This document shows positions 25,293 through 39,300 of a stretch of 64,000 nucleotides of DNA, piece after piece. Each line of letters begins with the position of its first letter. Position 1 is the first letter of the stretch. Location of the stretch: assembly GCF_035084215.1 (NCBI RefSeq), contig NC_090337.1, positions 25,296,001 through 25,360,000 of the forward strand, in the 5' to 3' direction. This DNA comes from Heptranchias perlo (lineage: Eukaryota). The notes beneath the pieces are model-generated. The model saw only the letters and a program-made list of their open reading frames with translations, had not been told where the DNA came from and ran no database searches. A program made the translations under genes and the position numbers.

Positions 25293-25465
25293 GACAAAAA
25301 CAGAAATTGCTGGTAACATTCAGCAGGTCAGGCAACATCAGTGGGGAGAACCAAAGTTAATGTTTCAGGTATGGAACGTACCCCAGTATCACAGATGTTG
25401 CCTGACCGGCTGAGTGATTCCAGCATTTCATGTTTTTGTTTTAGATTTCTACCACTGACAGTGTT
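25293..25465. mobile_element. Old inverted pair of Penelope terminal-repeat fragments
   Basis: AAAAACAGAAATTGCTGG...CAGGTCAGGCAACATC versus GATGTTGCCTGACC...CCAGCATTTCATGTTTTT. Confidence 0.65.
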
Positions 25466-27199
25466 TTGCTTTTTTTTCATATTGTTAGAGGTTCCATTGT
25501 CCCACAAAAGTACTATTGCAACACCTGGCTGTTGGAAGTGTCATTCCATTCGATCGTCACAGCAGACCATACAGCTAGCTGGAGTCCTGGAGGACCCCTG
25601 ATCGTGTATCGAGGGGTAGGCCCTCAACTTGGGGGTAATGACTTTGATTGATAGCAATTTTTGAATCTTGTGATTGGCTGGAGAGATCTGTGATTTATAG
25701 CTCAGTGAGCAGAGACTGCATCTTGCAGACTTAGGATGGCATTTCTTGGAGAAAAACACAGAAGGGAAGTCAGTGTGTTTGTAATCTGCAGTCATTTGGT
25801 GTAAGGCTGAGTTGTTTAAAGTTCCATGTCACCCTGACAAGCAGTGTGTCTTGGTTTCATCACAGTAAGGATGTAGAGAGACGAAAGATCACATAGGATG
25901 GCATATTTGAAGCTTTGGAGAGTCAAGAGAAGAAAGTTCAGAGGAGCACTTACCATAGTAGTGTTGATAAAATATAGAGACAAAAGAGCAGTTATGGCAG
26001 AGGTAGTGATTTGAGGCCAAGAGGTATTCAGTGAGAGCAGAGGTGCCTAGCAAATGTTTTTCTGTATCTTGTCCACAAGTGTGCAAAGGATGTTAGAGCC
26101 TCCTCATAAGTGGGATAAGTATTGAAGTCTTGGAGGGAATTTGGGCTTTGTCGAAAGTGCAAAGTTGATGAGATGGCTTCATGATGGCGGCTGTAGTAAT
26201 GGAGGAGATGTAAGAGTTCCATTTCTGCCAAAAGGAGGCAGTGAGTGTCACTGTCCGTGGACAACTTTTCACCAGGACCCAAGTCCATGTATGTTGAAGC
26301 TTTGCTTCGTATCTAGTCACTAAGAGTGCTCAAAAAGACTACCTTTGAGCAGCTTTCAAAATTATAGCAGGGGCTTACAGTTAGCTATGCTGTAGGATTG
26401 TTTCCTCTCTACTTTAAGAATGCCAATGGATAAAGCGGGACTAAAAGTGGAGCTGTCAAAGATAAGAGGTGCAGCTGTTAGACATGAAAGATATGAACAA
26501 AACGTGTCTTTGAAGAATTGAAAGAAATAAGATTTCCGTTGTCCCAGCAGAGAACATGAAGGAGATCTTGAAATCGGAGTTTATAGCACAGAAGATGGTC
26601 ATTCTGCCCATTGTCTCTGCGACAGTGCCAGATCTTCAAATGGAATTATCTAATTTAATCCCATTTCCTTGCCCCTTTCCCATATTATTTTATATTCTTC
26701 CTTTTCAAATACTTATCCAATTGCTATTTAAATGATGTAGTTTTTTTGTCGCAGTTGCTACTTAAGCATTCCAGCTTAAGGTCCAGTGATTCAGCATTAT
26801 AGTTCAATAGGAATGGAGGCTATGTGCAGAAACACTGGCTGGTTCCCCTCTATCCCCTGTGCTTGGGTATGCTGAGGCAAATTAAAGTACCCCAACTATT
26901 TCTCTGGCTGAGATCAGTTAACCCAGAACACATCAGCAATAAATGATGGGACATCCTTCAACACCGGACAAACCAATTACCACTTGAGCGGCCAGTGGCT
27001 GTCAGTAGGCTGCACACAAAAGCAGTATCTTGACTTGTTCTGTTTTGCTTTAACCTGGGGAAATGCCTTCCCCCACTTGATGTGGTCTGTGGAGCTACTG
27101 TGACTGATCTGTTGACCAGTAGATCTGGTTATGATACACCATGTACTTGCATTGATACTAATCATTATTTTAAATGCTTAACATCTGAAAAGTATTTGT

Positions 27200-28410
27200 T
27201 TATATGTCATATGTTATGGGATGATTAGATAGATTTGTGTAAAGTTATGAAGGGATGGGGCAGAGTGGATCGAAACAAACTGTTGCCAGTGATTGTAGGA
27301 TCTAGAATGAGGTGATATAGATATAAGATTAAATGTGAGTGGGTGGGAAGGTGGCAGATGGAGTATAATGTGGGGAAATGTGAAATTATCCACTTTGGTA
27401 GGACCAATAGAAAAGCAGAATATTTTTTAAAAGGTGAGAGACTAAGAAATGTTGGTAGTCAGAGGGATTTGGGTGTCCTTGTACGTGAATCACAGAAAGT
27501 TAACACACAGGTACATTAAGCAATTAGGAAGGCAAATGGTATGTTAGCCTTTATTGCAAGGGGGTTGGAGTATGAGAGCAAGGAGGTCTTGCTGCAATTA
27601 TATAGGGCTCTGGGCAGACCACACCTGGAGTACTGTGTACAGTTCTGATCTCCTTACCTAAGGAAGGATATACTTGCCTTAAAGGGGGTGCAATGAAGGT
27701 TCACTAGATTGATTCCTGGGATGAGACGGTTGTCTTCTGAGGAAAGATTGAGTAGAATGGGCCTATATTCTCTGGAGTTTAGAAGAACGAGTGGTGATCT
27801 CATTGAAACATATAAAATTCTTAGAGGGCTTGACAGTGTAGATGCTGAGAGGCTGTTTCCCCTGGCTACAGAATCTAGAACTAGGGGTCATCGTCTCAAG
27901 ATAAGGAGTTGGCCATTTAGGAACGAGATGAGGAAAAATTTCTTCACTGAGGGTTGTGAATCTTTGGAATTCACTACCTCAGAGGGCTTTGGATGCTTAG
28001 TCATTGAGTATATTCATGACTGAGATTTTTGGACACTAAGGGAATCAAGGGATATGGGGATAGGGCAGGAAAGTGGAGTTGAGGTAGATGATTAGCCATG
28101 ATCTTATCAAATGGCGGAGCAGGCTCCAGGGGCCGTATGGCCTACTCCTGCTCCTATTTCTTATGTAAGAGATTTAGGGCAGAGGATTGTGAGACTGTGG
28201 AATGCACTGCACAGTTAGTGATTGAAGCAGTGACCATGTCAACATTTAAGAATCGGTTAGATAGGTGGTTGAATGAAAGGGGGATACAGGGACATGGATA
28301 CAGAGCAGACACAAGGTATTAGGACTGCTGCTTGTTGGAGGATAAACACCAACACTGACTAGTTGGGTCAAATGGCCTGTTTTGTGTTGTAATTCTATAT
28401 AATATTTAGA
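27200..28410 (+). mobile_element. Nested CR1 fragments
   Basis: IPGMRRLSSEERLSRMGLYSLEFRR; two different CR1 3' tails. Confidence 0.85.
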
Positions 28411-30029
28411 ATAACCAGTACCTGGCAACAAGGTTTCCATTTCAAGGTAACCCGAAAGGCAAGGCATACTCTGTTGATTCTATGTGTCCATAACATATGT
28501 ACTAGGATTTAGTACTTCCTCTCAAATTAAGTTTTTATTGGTTTCTATACACTGACAGGATTTTGTCAGTTTATAAACCTATTTTACATGCCAAATCACT
28601 AAGTGAACATCATTGTCTATTTAGAATTTTCCATCCATTTATATTCCACGGTTCAAACTCAGCTTTCAACATTGGACAAATTGTGAGCGGCGATTTTCAG
28701 TCATAAGCATGAGGTAACAATTTGCGTCAAAATCATAGGCCCCAATATTTGCAGGCGGGGGAGTCGGCGGATCGCGGGGAGGGAAGCAAGTTTGCTTGTG
28801 TGGGGGGAAGCACTCCTGCTCCTTTTGGCCCACAAGCAGTGCTGGAAAAACACTTACCCGCTGTATCCGGCTGTTTTCACCTCCTTCCAGCTGCTGGATT
28901 TTCTGAGCTCTGGGAAACCTGACCCACAGGCGCTAAATCTAAATGCCTGCTAAAATTTGAGGCTGCAGCCTCATTAAAATATTTGAATTATGGACCCGCC
29001 TCTGGAGAGCAAATTAGTCACCTGCCCCCCCCCAACCCACCTCTGTTAAAACCAGAAGTGGGTGGGTTGGGGTTGGGTTTCTGATTTTGAAATTTTAACC
29101 ACCCCCCAAACCCATCCTGGGGGGGTTAAATTTCCTCCCATAGTGCCTATCAACTGGGCCATTGACAGCTAGGTAGTTTAATTTATTAGTTTCATCTCTT
29201 TTCCCTTTCACTTCACTTTTTTTCTGTTTCCTTTTTTTCGTAGGCCACCTGACTATGGGCTTTTCTCTCATTGGAGAGTGAGCAAAAGCAAGAGGCTTTT
29301 AATGAAGAAGGGGCTCTCCCAGCATCCATAGTAATGATGAAGGTCCTTTTAATAAATTTAGAGTTTATTGCCTGCCTCAATAGGGCTTTCTTGTTTCTCT
29401 TGCTCTCCAGCGAGGCAAACAAAAAAAATGATGGGAAGAGTCAAAACAGGTTTGCATCTCCAGCTAAATGGCCTGGAGAAGTACTGAGGTGCTGTGGTGG
29501 TGTATGAGTTCCTAAGTGACACAGTAACAGGAGATGGTGTTTGAACCTTGGTGTCTTGAATAAATGACAAAAATAGTAGGCTATGGTGTCAGCATTATTT
29601 TTTCTACTTCTTTTCCATGATTCTATCTCCAGTTTTTCTTCTCCATCCTAACTTGACTCTGATTTCTTCTCCTTGCCAATGCATTATTTTATGCTTCTGC
29701 CATTTCCTAAATGCCTGCTTTCATTCACTTTATTTTGTGGAGTCTGCTTAGATTGTGCATTCGTGCACATTCTCCTGCTTTAGCCATCATAGAGTCAGGG
29801 AAGGCTACTGGGCAATGGTGCTTCCTCATCATCTCCTCACTCTGGAAAAGGACTCTTCTCATATAACTTTCAGAAGGACACAAATGTGAATCATGGTCTC
29901 ACAGGTGAAGATGAGGGTTAATGCAATTTTGAAAGAAAGCGGCCATACCTATAGTATCTCACAAACCGTTACTCATGAATTATTCTTGATTCCCTCCCTT
30001 ATTCCCTCCCTTGACTTTCTCTGTTAAGT

Positions 30030-30610
30030 GTCAGCTTGTCACAGTTGGTAGTACTTGTGCCTCTGAGTCAGACGGTCGTGAGCACAAACCCCACTATGGA
30101 TGTGAGCACATATTCTTGGCTGACACTTTATTGTGGTACCAAGCAAATGGTGCGTTGTTGGAGGTGCTGGTTTTTGGATGAGATATTAAATAAAGGTCCC
30201 ATCTGTTCGCTCAAGTGGATGTAAAAGATCCCATGGTAAAAGTAAAAAACATGGTAAAAGGAGAAGCTAGATAAGTACATGAGTGAGAAAGGAAAAGAAG
30301 GTTATGCTGATAGGGTTAGATGAAGTAGGGTGGGAGGAGGCTCGTGTGGAGCATAAACGCTGGCATAAACCAGTTGAGCCGGATGGCCTGTTTCTGTGCT
30401 GTAGATTCTATGTAATTCTCCAGTGTCCCCTCCCTCAACAAATACCACCCTTCATTCATTTACTGTTTGTGTGGCCTTGCTGTGTGCAAATTAACTGCTA
30501 AGTTTGCCTACATCTTAACAGTGACTCCACTTCAAAAGTAATTCATTGGCTATAAAGTATTTTAGGACATCCTGATGTCATGAAAGGTGCTGCATAAATG
30601 CAAGTTATTC
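30030..30610 (+). mobile_element. Deu/SacSINE-like SINE with an inserted CR1 tail (about 30250-30420)
   Basis: tRNA-like head CCTCTGAGTCAGA; GGATGTAAAAGATCCCATGG; ATAAATGCAAGTT tail. Confidence 0.7.
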
Positions 30611-33600
30611 ATTATGCTCAGCACAATTAACGTTATCTCTGCTAAAATCATGAGTACTTGAAATAGCTAATAAAATTGTAAACAAGAAAAGGTAGCAAGC
30701 ATATAAAGTACACAAATCTTTTGTGTTAATGTAAACACTCTTGAAACATTGGGGAAAATGAAAAGCCCTCACATAAATATTTTACTGCTGAGGACTTTAT
30801 AGTAAAAGTGAAATGACAATTTCAAATGACTAAGTGGTGTCCCTAAGTGTTGATTATATAGAATCAATAGTGTAAATGTCTGATTCAACTACTTCTGCTT
30901 GATTGAATGGGTTGTTGACCTTTATATTATCTTCTTCCCCCTCATATTGTACCCAGGTAAAGTGGAAACTGAGAGGAAGTGGAATGGATAAATGTGCTTA
31001 AATAATGTATGCAAATCATTGAATACTTGCTGTTTGTAAACCATTGACTATATTGTAATGTAACATTATGTGATGTAAATTAATCAAACTACTAAAAATA
31101 ACTTGTTTAACCACATTATTAGATAATAGAGTTTCTTTTCAGTAATAAAGGGAAAATTAAATGTTCTAATTTTATTAGAGGTGTATATATAGTTCCATTG
31201 GCTAATACTTAGACTAGTTTTCCAGATTGTTGAATGCATTAATAGAACCTTTCAGAGGGTTTGATTCAGGCATTTCCTGGCCTTGTTTATCACATGACTG
31301 GCGAACTGATCAGTCATCAGAAGGAGGTGATGTTCCTTTGGTTGTTGCAATCACTCTAAAGAGCCTTCTCAAAATCTTTATGATAAACAATCTAGTCTAG
31401 TCAACAATGTTACCACCAGCCTAAAAGAAAATGAGCTCTATTTCAGTGGACATGTAGAAATGGCAGCATATCAGAAAACAATTTTATATTAAAGCAGGAC
31501 CACAGGGATTCATGTGTGCATAGGAAATCCTGCTGAAAATTCATACTGTATAGGAACAAGCTTATTGGCCTTCAGTACTCTTGGTTAATGTGAGCTCAGG
31601 AGCATGGCCCAGAAGGGTGGTACTTTAATTACAAATTAACTGAATAAAAACAAACAAGGTTTTTCTTTAAGGCAATTATGCTGGAGTATGGTTCTGCAGT
31701 AACTTGCCTCTTGGTGTGGCTATTGGAAGGTGTGTGGGAGTGTCTCACATTGATTCGTCCCTTCCTGCAATGTGCAGCACCACACCATTGACATAATTTG
31801 AGAACTAGTGCCATCGGCCAGAGACTGGAGCATGGTTTGGGGCAACTGATGCAAATTGAGGATGGGAAACAGATGAAGAAAATATCATCTGTATGAACCT
31901 TTTTTTGTTTTGCTAAAAGCGTGCAATCGTACTGTGTTTTCCTTGATAGACCAGCTGAGATTCAGAACTCCCTGTTTAGGAATTTGCAATGGTCTCTTTT
32001 GCTTCAAACCTTCTATGACCCAACCATTACTGCAATCATACAGCTAGCCATGTTGTACCATTAACAGTCCTCTTCATAATTGAATTGATGCCTTGTTGCT
32101 AAACTAGTGCAACTCTTTCATTGTATTCCAAATGGTTTCACATCTGTCATTCTGAGAGTGGTTGACATGAAACTAATGAAGTGTACAAAAGGCTTTTTTT
32201 AAAAACTACTTTGGAAACAGATCAGTGAAGAAAGAAAACAATTTAAATTGAAACATGGCTGCAGAGTAGCCAGACCTTTCTTCTGTGATACATGGTATTC
32301 AGTAAATACAATCATAGAACAGTGAAGCAGATAAAGATTTTTATTCTTTGTTCCCAAAGATCATGGGTTCCAGCTTTTACATCCCAGTGCTGTTTCAGTC
32401 AGTTCTGAACTCCTGTATATTCACTTTTGGAGAATCAGAAGGCAGTGGATTTGTGAATGAGTTCATTACTCGGTTGGTCAGTTGTATTGTAATATAAACA
32501 CAGAAAATGAACAACAAACAAGAATATCCAGAATAAGTTGAACATTTAAAGATCTGAATCCTCCAGGTTTTACTTCTTTGCTTACTTAACATTAATCATT
32601 AATGTTAACATACACATAATGGAATTGGGTGGTTTGAAAGGATCAGCTGGAATTCCATTCAGATTGTCAGGACTTGTGATGAACCAGGATCTCTGTTCTT
32701 GTATATTTATTGCACTTGCAGCTAACTATAACAAATAAAGATTTTGTAAAACTGTTGAAAATTCCCCCCTTTTCTTCCCTCTTCCCATCTCCACTCCACT
32801 CACCACCCCCCCCAACCCCCCAAAAAAAAGCTGAGGCTGATACTCTGTGATAACGGGGCTAGGACAGGGCAACACTGGTGCCATTGAACTTTACTGATTT
32901 AAAAAAAAAAGGTAGCACCTCCAGAACTCTGTTCTGGTATGCGTCATATCTGAGCTTCATAAACTCAGTGTTTAATAATCAAATGGTTAGATTTAGAGGA
33001 GGGGTAATGGAAGAGAAGGATGAAATCCTACAAAATGAATTGAGGTACAGCAACTTTAATTGCTGTGCTATATCAGTATAATAGGGTTGCTCCTGAGATG
33101 ACACTTAAACCCAAGGGATGCTGCTAAACCACTGAAAAACTTATATAAAATATTTTTAGCAAAGTAGTAACATTTTAATCCATATGAAACAATCCTGCAA
33201 TAATGCATATAGATGATATTTCATAATTCTAATTTGTCCCATATTATTCTCTTTAAATATGAAATAAATCATACACATTAAAATACAGACCGGATCCAAA
33301 GAAGTTATACTTTAAAATGGCATGTTTTCCCTTTTATTGCTATTTACAGCTGCTTGTTTATGCAAGTTCAGAATAAAAAGAACTAAATGGCTGACAAAGA
33401 ATTGAGTTAATTGCAGTACCAATTGAACTATATATAAATAATACGTAGTTCATTCATTTTTTTTTAAAAAATGATTTTGAAATAGAGCAGTTGAATGCCT
33501 AAGGGATGAAGCAAAAGGAAGCTACTCAACACCATATTGGATTTGAGCTGTCGGTCAGCATGTAATACATGGTGGGGCACAAGTCAGTGAAGATGTATGT

Positions 33601-34089
33601 CATGGTCTGTCATGACCAGAAGCAAAGTTAAAGTTCTTCAAGTGTTCCTGTGAAATGTTCTGAGATATTTAGTGAAATCAGCAAGATAATTTCCTCACAC
33701 CTTTTATTTCTATTGATGAGAAAACACACTTAGCAAGCAAAAGCTTTATAGTGAATTCTTAATTAATTTATTATTCTGACCCATGAAGAAGTGTAGCTGC
33801 ATGGAAAGTTAATTGGACAAGAAATTAAGTGTTAATGTAAATGAGTGTAGCCAAGTTATTCAAGGGCCCTTTTAAGGTGTGTTTACACAGTCTCCATGCC
33901 TCTGCATAAGTAAATTAGCTGACACCGGAATTTATAGTGAGGTCAGTACCATGCCCACAAAGTGAGAAGACGGCTCTGTGTCGTTTGAATTTTGGGCCCC
34001 GAACGTGTGAATTTTAAAATAGGACTCCTTTTTTTGTACTTATTCCTCTTATGCTATGTAGACAGTTACATTTTTCAAATCTTCTATGA

Positions 34090-35000
34090 ACTTTCGTCAC
34101 CATCACCCATCTCCAACCTCCCTTTCCTCTTTTCCAAAGTCCTTGGACATGTTGTCACTTCCTCGATCCGTGCCCTTGTTTCCCATAACTTCCTGTTTGA
34201 ATCTCTCCAATCAATTGTCCACCCTTCTACATCCCAGAATGACCCTAACCAAAGACACAGACAGCACTCTTTGTGTCTATGACCGTGGTGCATTATGCCT
34301 CCTCCTTGACCTCTCTAGCCTTTGAGATGATTGATCACACCATCCTCTTCCAGTACCCCTCCTTTGTTATCGAGCTTGTTGGGTCAGCCCTTATCTGGTT
34401 TCATTCTTACTTATCCGATGGCAGCTACCGCATCTCTACAATGGCTTCTCCTCTCAACCCCACACCATTATCGTAGAAGATCCTTAAGGATTCATCCATG
34501 GCCCTTTTTTATTATCTACATGCTTGCTCCATTGGTGACATCATCTACAGATATGGGGTTAGCCTCCACATGTATGCTGATGACATCCAGCAGTACCTCT
34601 ACATCACCTCTCTCGACTGCTCCACTGCCTCTGTGCTACTGGATTGCTTGTCCAATATCCAGTTTTGGATGAGCTATAATTTCCTCCAGCTAAACATTGG
34701 GAAAACCAAAGCCATTGTCTTTGGTTTCTGGTATAACTCCACACCCTCACTACTGACTCCATCTCCCTCCCTCGCCACAGTCTCATGCTGAACAAGATTG
34801 CTACCTTAGAATCATATTCGAGCAAAATCTGAATTTCTGACTCCATATCCTTTCCAAAACAAGTAGTGCCTACTTCCACCTCCGTAACATTGCCTGCCTT
34901 TGCCCTACCTGAGCTGATCTGCTGCTGAAACCTTCATTCATGTCTTTTGTCACCTGCAGATGCAATTACTCCCACCTTCCACTCTCCCTAAATTTCAGCT
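34090..35000 (+). mobile_element. Decayed L2 LINE
   Basis: IDHTIL, ALIWFHSYLSD, HMYADDIQQYL, FLQLNIGKTKAIVFG. Confidence 0.8.
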
Positions 35001-35378
35001 CTTCCTTTAAATCTGAAAGCTTAGGTTTTGTAGATTTGCATGGAATCTGCAAAAATTATGAATATGCATATGTTAAGAGCCTGCAGAAATTCTGTGCTTA
35101 TAGATTTCCACTGACTTAGGTCATGTTTAAATCTACTTGTAACGTTGCTCTCCTCCTTAATCAGTAAATAATGAACAGAGGTGGGGATGTGTACTGCTGC
35201 TCATCATGATAATGCCAGGGAGAGGGAATATTTATTCCCTCCATGTCATTCTTGCAGATATTGAGCATTGCTTGAACAGAAAGGAATGAAAAAAGCCACA
35301 ATAATAAAAGACTTGATTGAAATGAATTGCTTTGCCTTGATGAAATCGGAAACTAAGGAACTTTTATTTTGCTTACAG

Positions 35379-35495
35379 ACATAAGGAAGAGAAGACAAAC
35401 GTGTTTTTCTGGAATTCTCTGTTTCTTCCGGAATACCAGAAGACGTAGAGAAGACAGACAAGTTAATAACATTCGGAATGGTATAGAACAAGAAG
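35379..35495 (+). CDS. C2orf72: C2orf72-like exon 2
   Basis: TTTTGCTTACAG acceptor, GAAG/GTAAAT donor, 117 nt, phase 1-1; DIRKRRQTCFSGILCFFRNTRRRREDRQVNNIRNGIEQE. Confidence 0.75.
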
Positions 35496-35689
35496 GTAAA
35501 TGGAAAAAGACAATGCCTCATTTTTGTTCTTAGGATGTGGGCAATGCAGACATGGCAGTTTTATTGGCCACTGGGGGAGCTCTCTTGTTTAATGGGTTAA
35601 TCCAAATAAAATCAACATAAATAAATAGTGGAGATTATGTGGTGCTGTGGGTTAAAACACATTTTTTTAAAGCTGCTCCTTGTCTTCAG

Positions 35690-36150
35690 ACATCCTTAGC
35701 AGGTCAGAACTCCATTTCCTACATTCAAAATAACATTGGAGTCTGGGTGAGATCTGGCTTCAAATCCAACCCAGAATGATGGGTTCAAAGTTTCCACTTT
35801 CTGATTGCTGTGAGGGTCCTCTGTAAAATGAGTTTGGGCTGTTTCCATCCACTTCCCAGTGAATTCAGGCCCTTAGCACAAAACTGTCATTAACTAGCAA
35901 TCTCACTCAGAGTGCCAACAGGATGACTGATGTGGGAAATGGAAAAATATCACCATGGTCCTGGTGGAACTGCTCTTTTGAAATGCTCTGTTGGGGCAGA
36001 GTGAAAGGAGTTTTACCCTGCATCTCTTCGTGCTATACCTAACCTTGGAGTATTTGATACTGATGCTTGGTGCCAAAAGTGGAAACTCCTTCATTCCCTG
36101 GCTCTGTTGTCCCTCATGTTGATGAGCAAAAGTCAAATGGACTGAAGGAA
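35690..36150 (+). mobile_element. LF-SINE-related ancient SINE
   Basis: TTCAAATCCAACCCAG...TGTAAAATGAGTTTGGG...TTCCCAGTG...CACAAAAC resembles the LF-SINE core as recalled. Confidence 0.45.
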
Positions 36151-36247
36151 GCACTGAAAATATAACACATTTTAGAATCTGTTAGGCTTTAAAACAAATG
36201 GTAACCGTGGGATCATATTTGAAACACTTGCACCTTGTATTTTGTAG

Positions 36248-36387
36248 GAATATCCAAGGATGCTGGGACAGATGTTACTTCACAACAATTGACAGTGGGT
36301 CCATCCATGGATGATGTCTGTAAAACCCATGACCTACAGATTGACTCTAGTGGAAACAATGGAATGAATATGGAAACTGAAGTTTAA
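36248..36387 (+). CDS. C2orf72: C2orf72-like exon 3 (terminal)
   Basis: TTTTGTAG acceptor; open in phase 1 to TAA (GISKDAGTDV...MNMETEV*); total 661+117+140=918 nt = 305 aa. Confidence 0.7.
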
Positions 36388-38989
36388 ATGATTTTTATAA
36401 ACCACCATTTTCTACACCTGCACATTTATTAAGGAGTATCAGGACTTGCTGAGAAAAACAAATTAAATACTTGATTTTCCAGATGTGGTATTTTCCCTTT
36501 TTTTCAGTGTATTGATTGGGAAGGGTTGTTAGTCTGGATTAACTGAGCAAATACTTATTCCAGAATCATTTGAAATATATGATGGTGTTGTAGTTCACAT
36601 GGTTGACTTAACCTATGATCAGAAGGTATGTGTATTTGTTTTGAGATTTGTCTGTCACTCAAACTCATTCACCAACTGTAAAAATGGGAGGAGAGTCCTG
36701 ACACTGACCAGCTCACCATTTTGAATCAATTCCTTTGCAGAAGAGATGTTGACAATAATGAAAAGAGAAGTCTTTATGGTAGACTTCTGCCAGGTGAAGA
36801 AATGTATGCAAATCTAAGAGGTTTGCCTGAAAATATTTAAAATCCCTTCCTCTTCTGTCATCCATAACCTTTTACTTAATACTCGAGTGAAAATCTATCC
36901 AGTGAAGAACACGGATATTATCATATAGATAAAACCATAATTTTATAACACTACATTAATATTTTTAAAAAGACTTTACCAGTTTAGTGCATATCATCAA
37001 GCTTTTACCACAATCTGCCACTGATGTAAAGTTTTTTTTAAAAGTGAGTTTATTGCAACTAGTTCTCATTTCTGTTTGCTCACAAAAGAAATAGAATATT
37101 ACCTTTTTAAAATAATTTTAGTAGAGGGTTTCTTAGGGTATATGGTTACCTATTGTAAAGATAGTGCACATCTGATTAAACTTAACATTTTGATAATTAT
37201 TTGAATCAGCATGAAATTACAAAAGAAATTTTGCTGCCACTGAGGCTGAGGGTTTCTGGCAACAGAGATCCATGGGTCAAGCAAATGAAACAAATATGTA
37301 AAAGTGGGTCAGTTAGTGCATAAAACCCAAGGGAACTGACTTGAATTATCTTTTGATGTCAACAGATAGAATCAAAGATTTATAAAGATCTTTCTTGCTC
37401 TAACTACAGAGAACATATATTTGAACTTTTTTGATGGAAAAGATTACACTATGCAGTTAACCCACTAAATCTGTTTGAGTGGAGTGAAAAGAATCTCCTC
37501 TTGATGATAATACCTGGATGTGTAAATTCAACTTTTGTTTGAGTAGCATGGTAACCATGCAGAAGGTGCACTGGGATAGGTAGTCCAGTCCATTGTTGCG
37601 CTGATGTTAAAACTCCTGCCTGCATTCACACAATTCTGTGTAAAGAATGGAACCAAATTTTTGAGAATGGAAAATGAAGAACAAACACCGGTGCAGAGAG
37701 CTTGATTCAAAAGTCACCTACTCCAAAGATAGGGTGAGTGACATATGGAAGAAAATCAGCACTAAGCCATCCACCTGAGCTGATGCACTGCACCACTGAA
37801 AATATTTGTTTGGGACAATACTTTTGTTCAAACAATGGGGTTAATTGAAGTTTGGGTATATAAATTTAAAAAACGTTAAAAAATCAGCTGCTTACATTCC
37901 CAAACATCAATCCCCATTGCATTTTTGGTTGCCTACTTATTACCACCAAACGGTAACATACCTGAATTATGCTAACTAGAACTCCAAATGTGAAAGCCCC
38001 ATCTTATCTTTGTGCTTGGGTAAATGTAGGTTGCATAATTTATAGTCTGGGCTCCTACCCTCAAAACTATCTAGGTCAGGCAAAATGGTTTCTGTATTTT
38101 AAATTTGGAAAAGGGGTGGACAATGATAAGTTACTTCAAAAGTAGAGATTATTAGACCACTTGTGGTTATTGGTTTTGTAGCAATCAACCTAGAGTTTAA
38201 TGTTGATGCCAAGATATTGAAAGTTCATTTATTTTTCCACGATAAGGGAAACTATGAATAAACTATGAGGGTATGTAAATAAGCCACAGCTTTTCTTTTT
38301 ATAGGTGGATTACAGAGGTATTTTATAGAGTTATGCAGGGGGGGTTTCTCTGCATTGAAAAAAATCTACAAAATTTAGATCTTGTACTTTCAATCCATCT
38401 ACATTCACGTTTTTCTTTTTTATTTCTATATAATCATGGTGCTATCATTTGCTTGAAAACCTTCAGCCGCCATCTGACTAAAACAAAAGAGCAACAGTTG
38501 ACAGTCCTGTTGTCTTTTCTTGCTGAAGGTGAGGCTGATGGAATGTAATCCAATAATTCCCTGAACTGCTTGGTGGCTGAAAGCCCTGCCCCACATCAAT
38601 GGGAGGAAAGAAAAGGGAAACCTGGAAACTGGTAGCCAATTGACTCCCTGTGATTTGTTTCAAAATGGATAAAGTCCCTTAGCAACCTAGTGAAAGGATA
38701 GTGGATACTCTGCTGATCCTGTTTATTTATAGCCAAGCAAGCTGCGAAAATGTAAACATAGTTGATCAAACCATTAGAACATGAGATTTTTTTCTGCACT
38801 GACAGTTTTGAAATGGATTGTACAGCTGCAGGAGAGTGAGACAGTGGGGATATTAATGTGACTTTGTAGACTGGATAGGCAGAGCTAATGGGCCAGGTGG
38901 CTGTCGTTTGGACACATGTTCTATATCAAGTGCAGTCCTCAGAGTCTTTCTTATCAATTAGGAATTTAGACTTTTTGTCTTTTTCCCCC

Positions 38990-39300
38990 AGTGGCTCAGC
39001 AAATTTATCTGGTGAGTAGCTGAGCTACGCAAAGTGGGAAGGTTCCACGTTCAATTCCCAATCTGTGCAGGGACACTGAAGTTGATCGCAGCACCCAGAG
39101 ATAAGAGTGGGTATAATCAGAAAGAGTTTCCACTCCTGATTGGTTTTCCTGATCTGTGCTGCAAGCTTGTGTATAAACATCAGGTGAGGATAGATTCTGG
39201 CTAAGTTATAATGCTCCCATCAACAATTGGCTTTCAATTGGGCAAAATACCAGGGAGCAACCTGTGCCTGTGGAATCGTACCTCAGCAAGGAGTAAGATG
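38990..39300 (+). mobile_element. Old tRNA-derived SINE (related copies on - strand at about 5100-5290, 26800-26960 and 49450-49720)
   Basis: GTGGCTCAG A-box-like and GTTCAATTCC B-box-like motifs; GCTGAGAT(C/T)AG core shared among the minus-strand copies. Confidence 0.45.

Noticed and set aside
28735-29140. GC-rich segment resembling a MITE-like repeat (similar at about 44005-44080)
   Set aside because: Could not define convincing TIRs or a TSD by eye; left unannotated.
29244-29490. Strong acceptors at 29243 and 29410 as C2orf72-like exon 2
   Set aside because: Phase-1 frames hit stops quickly; 35379-35495 fits far better.
33350-33410. Acceptor followed by AACLCKFRIKRTKW
   Set aside because: Ends in a stop with no donor and no supporting homology.
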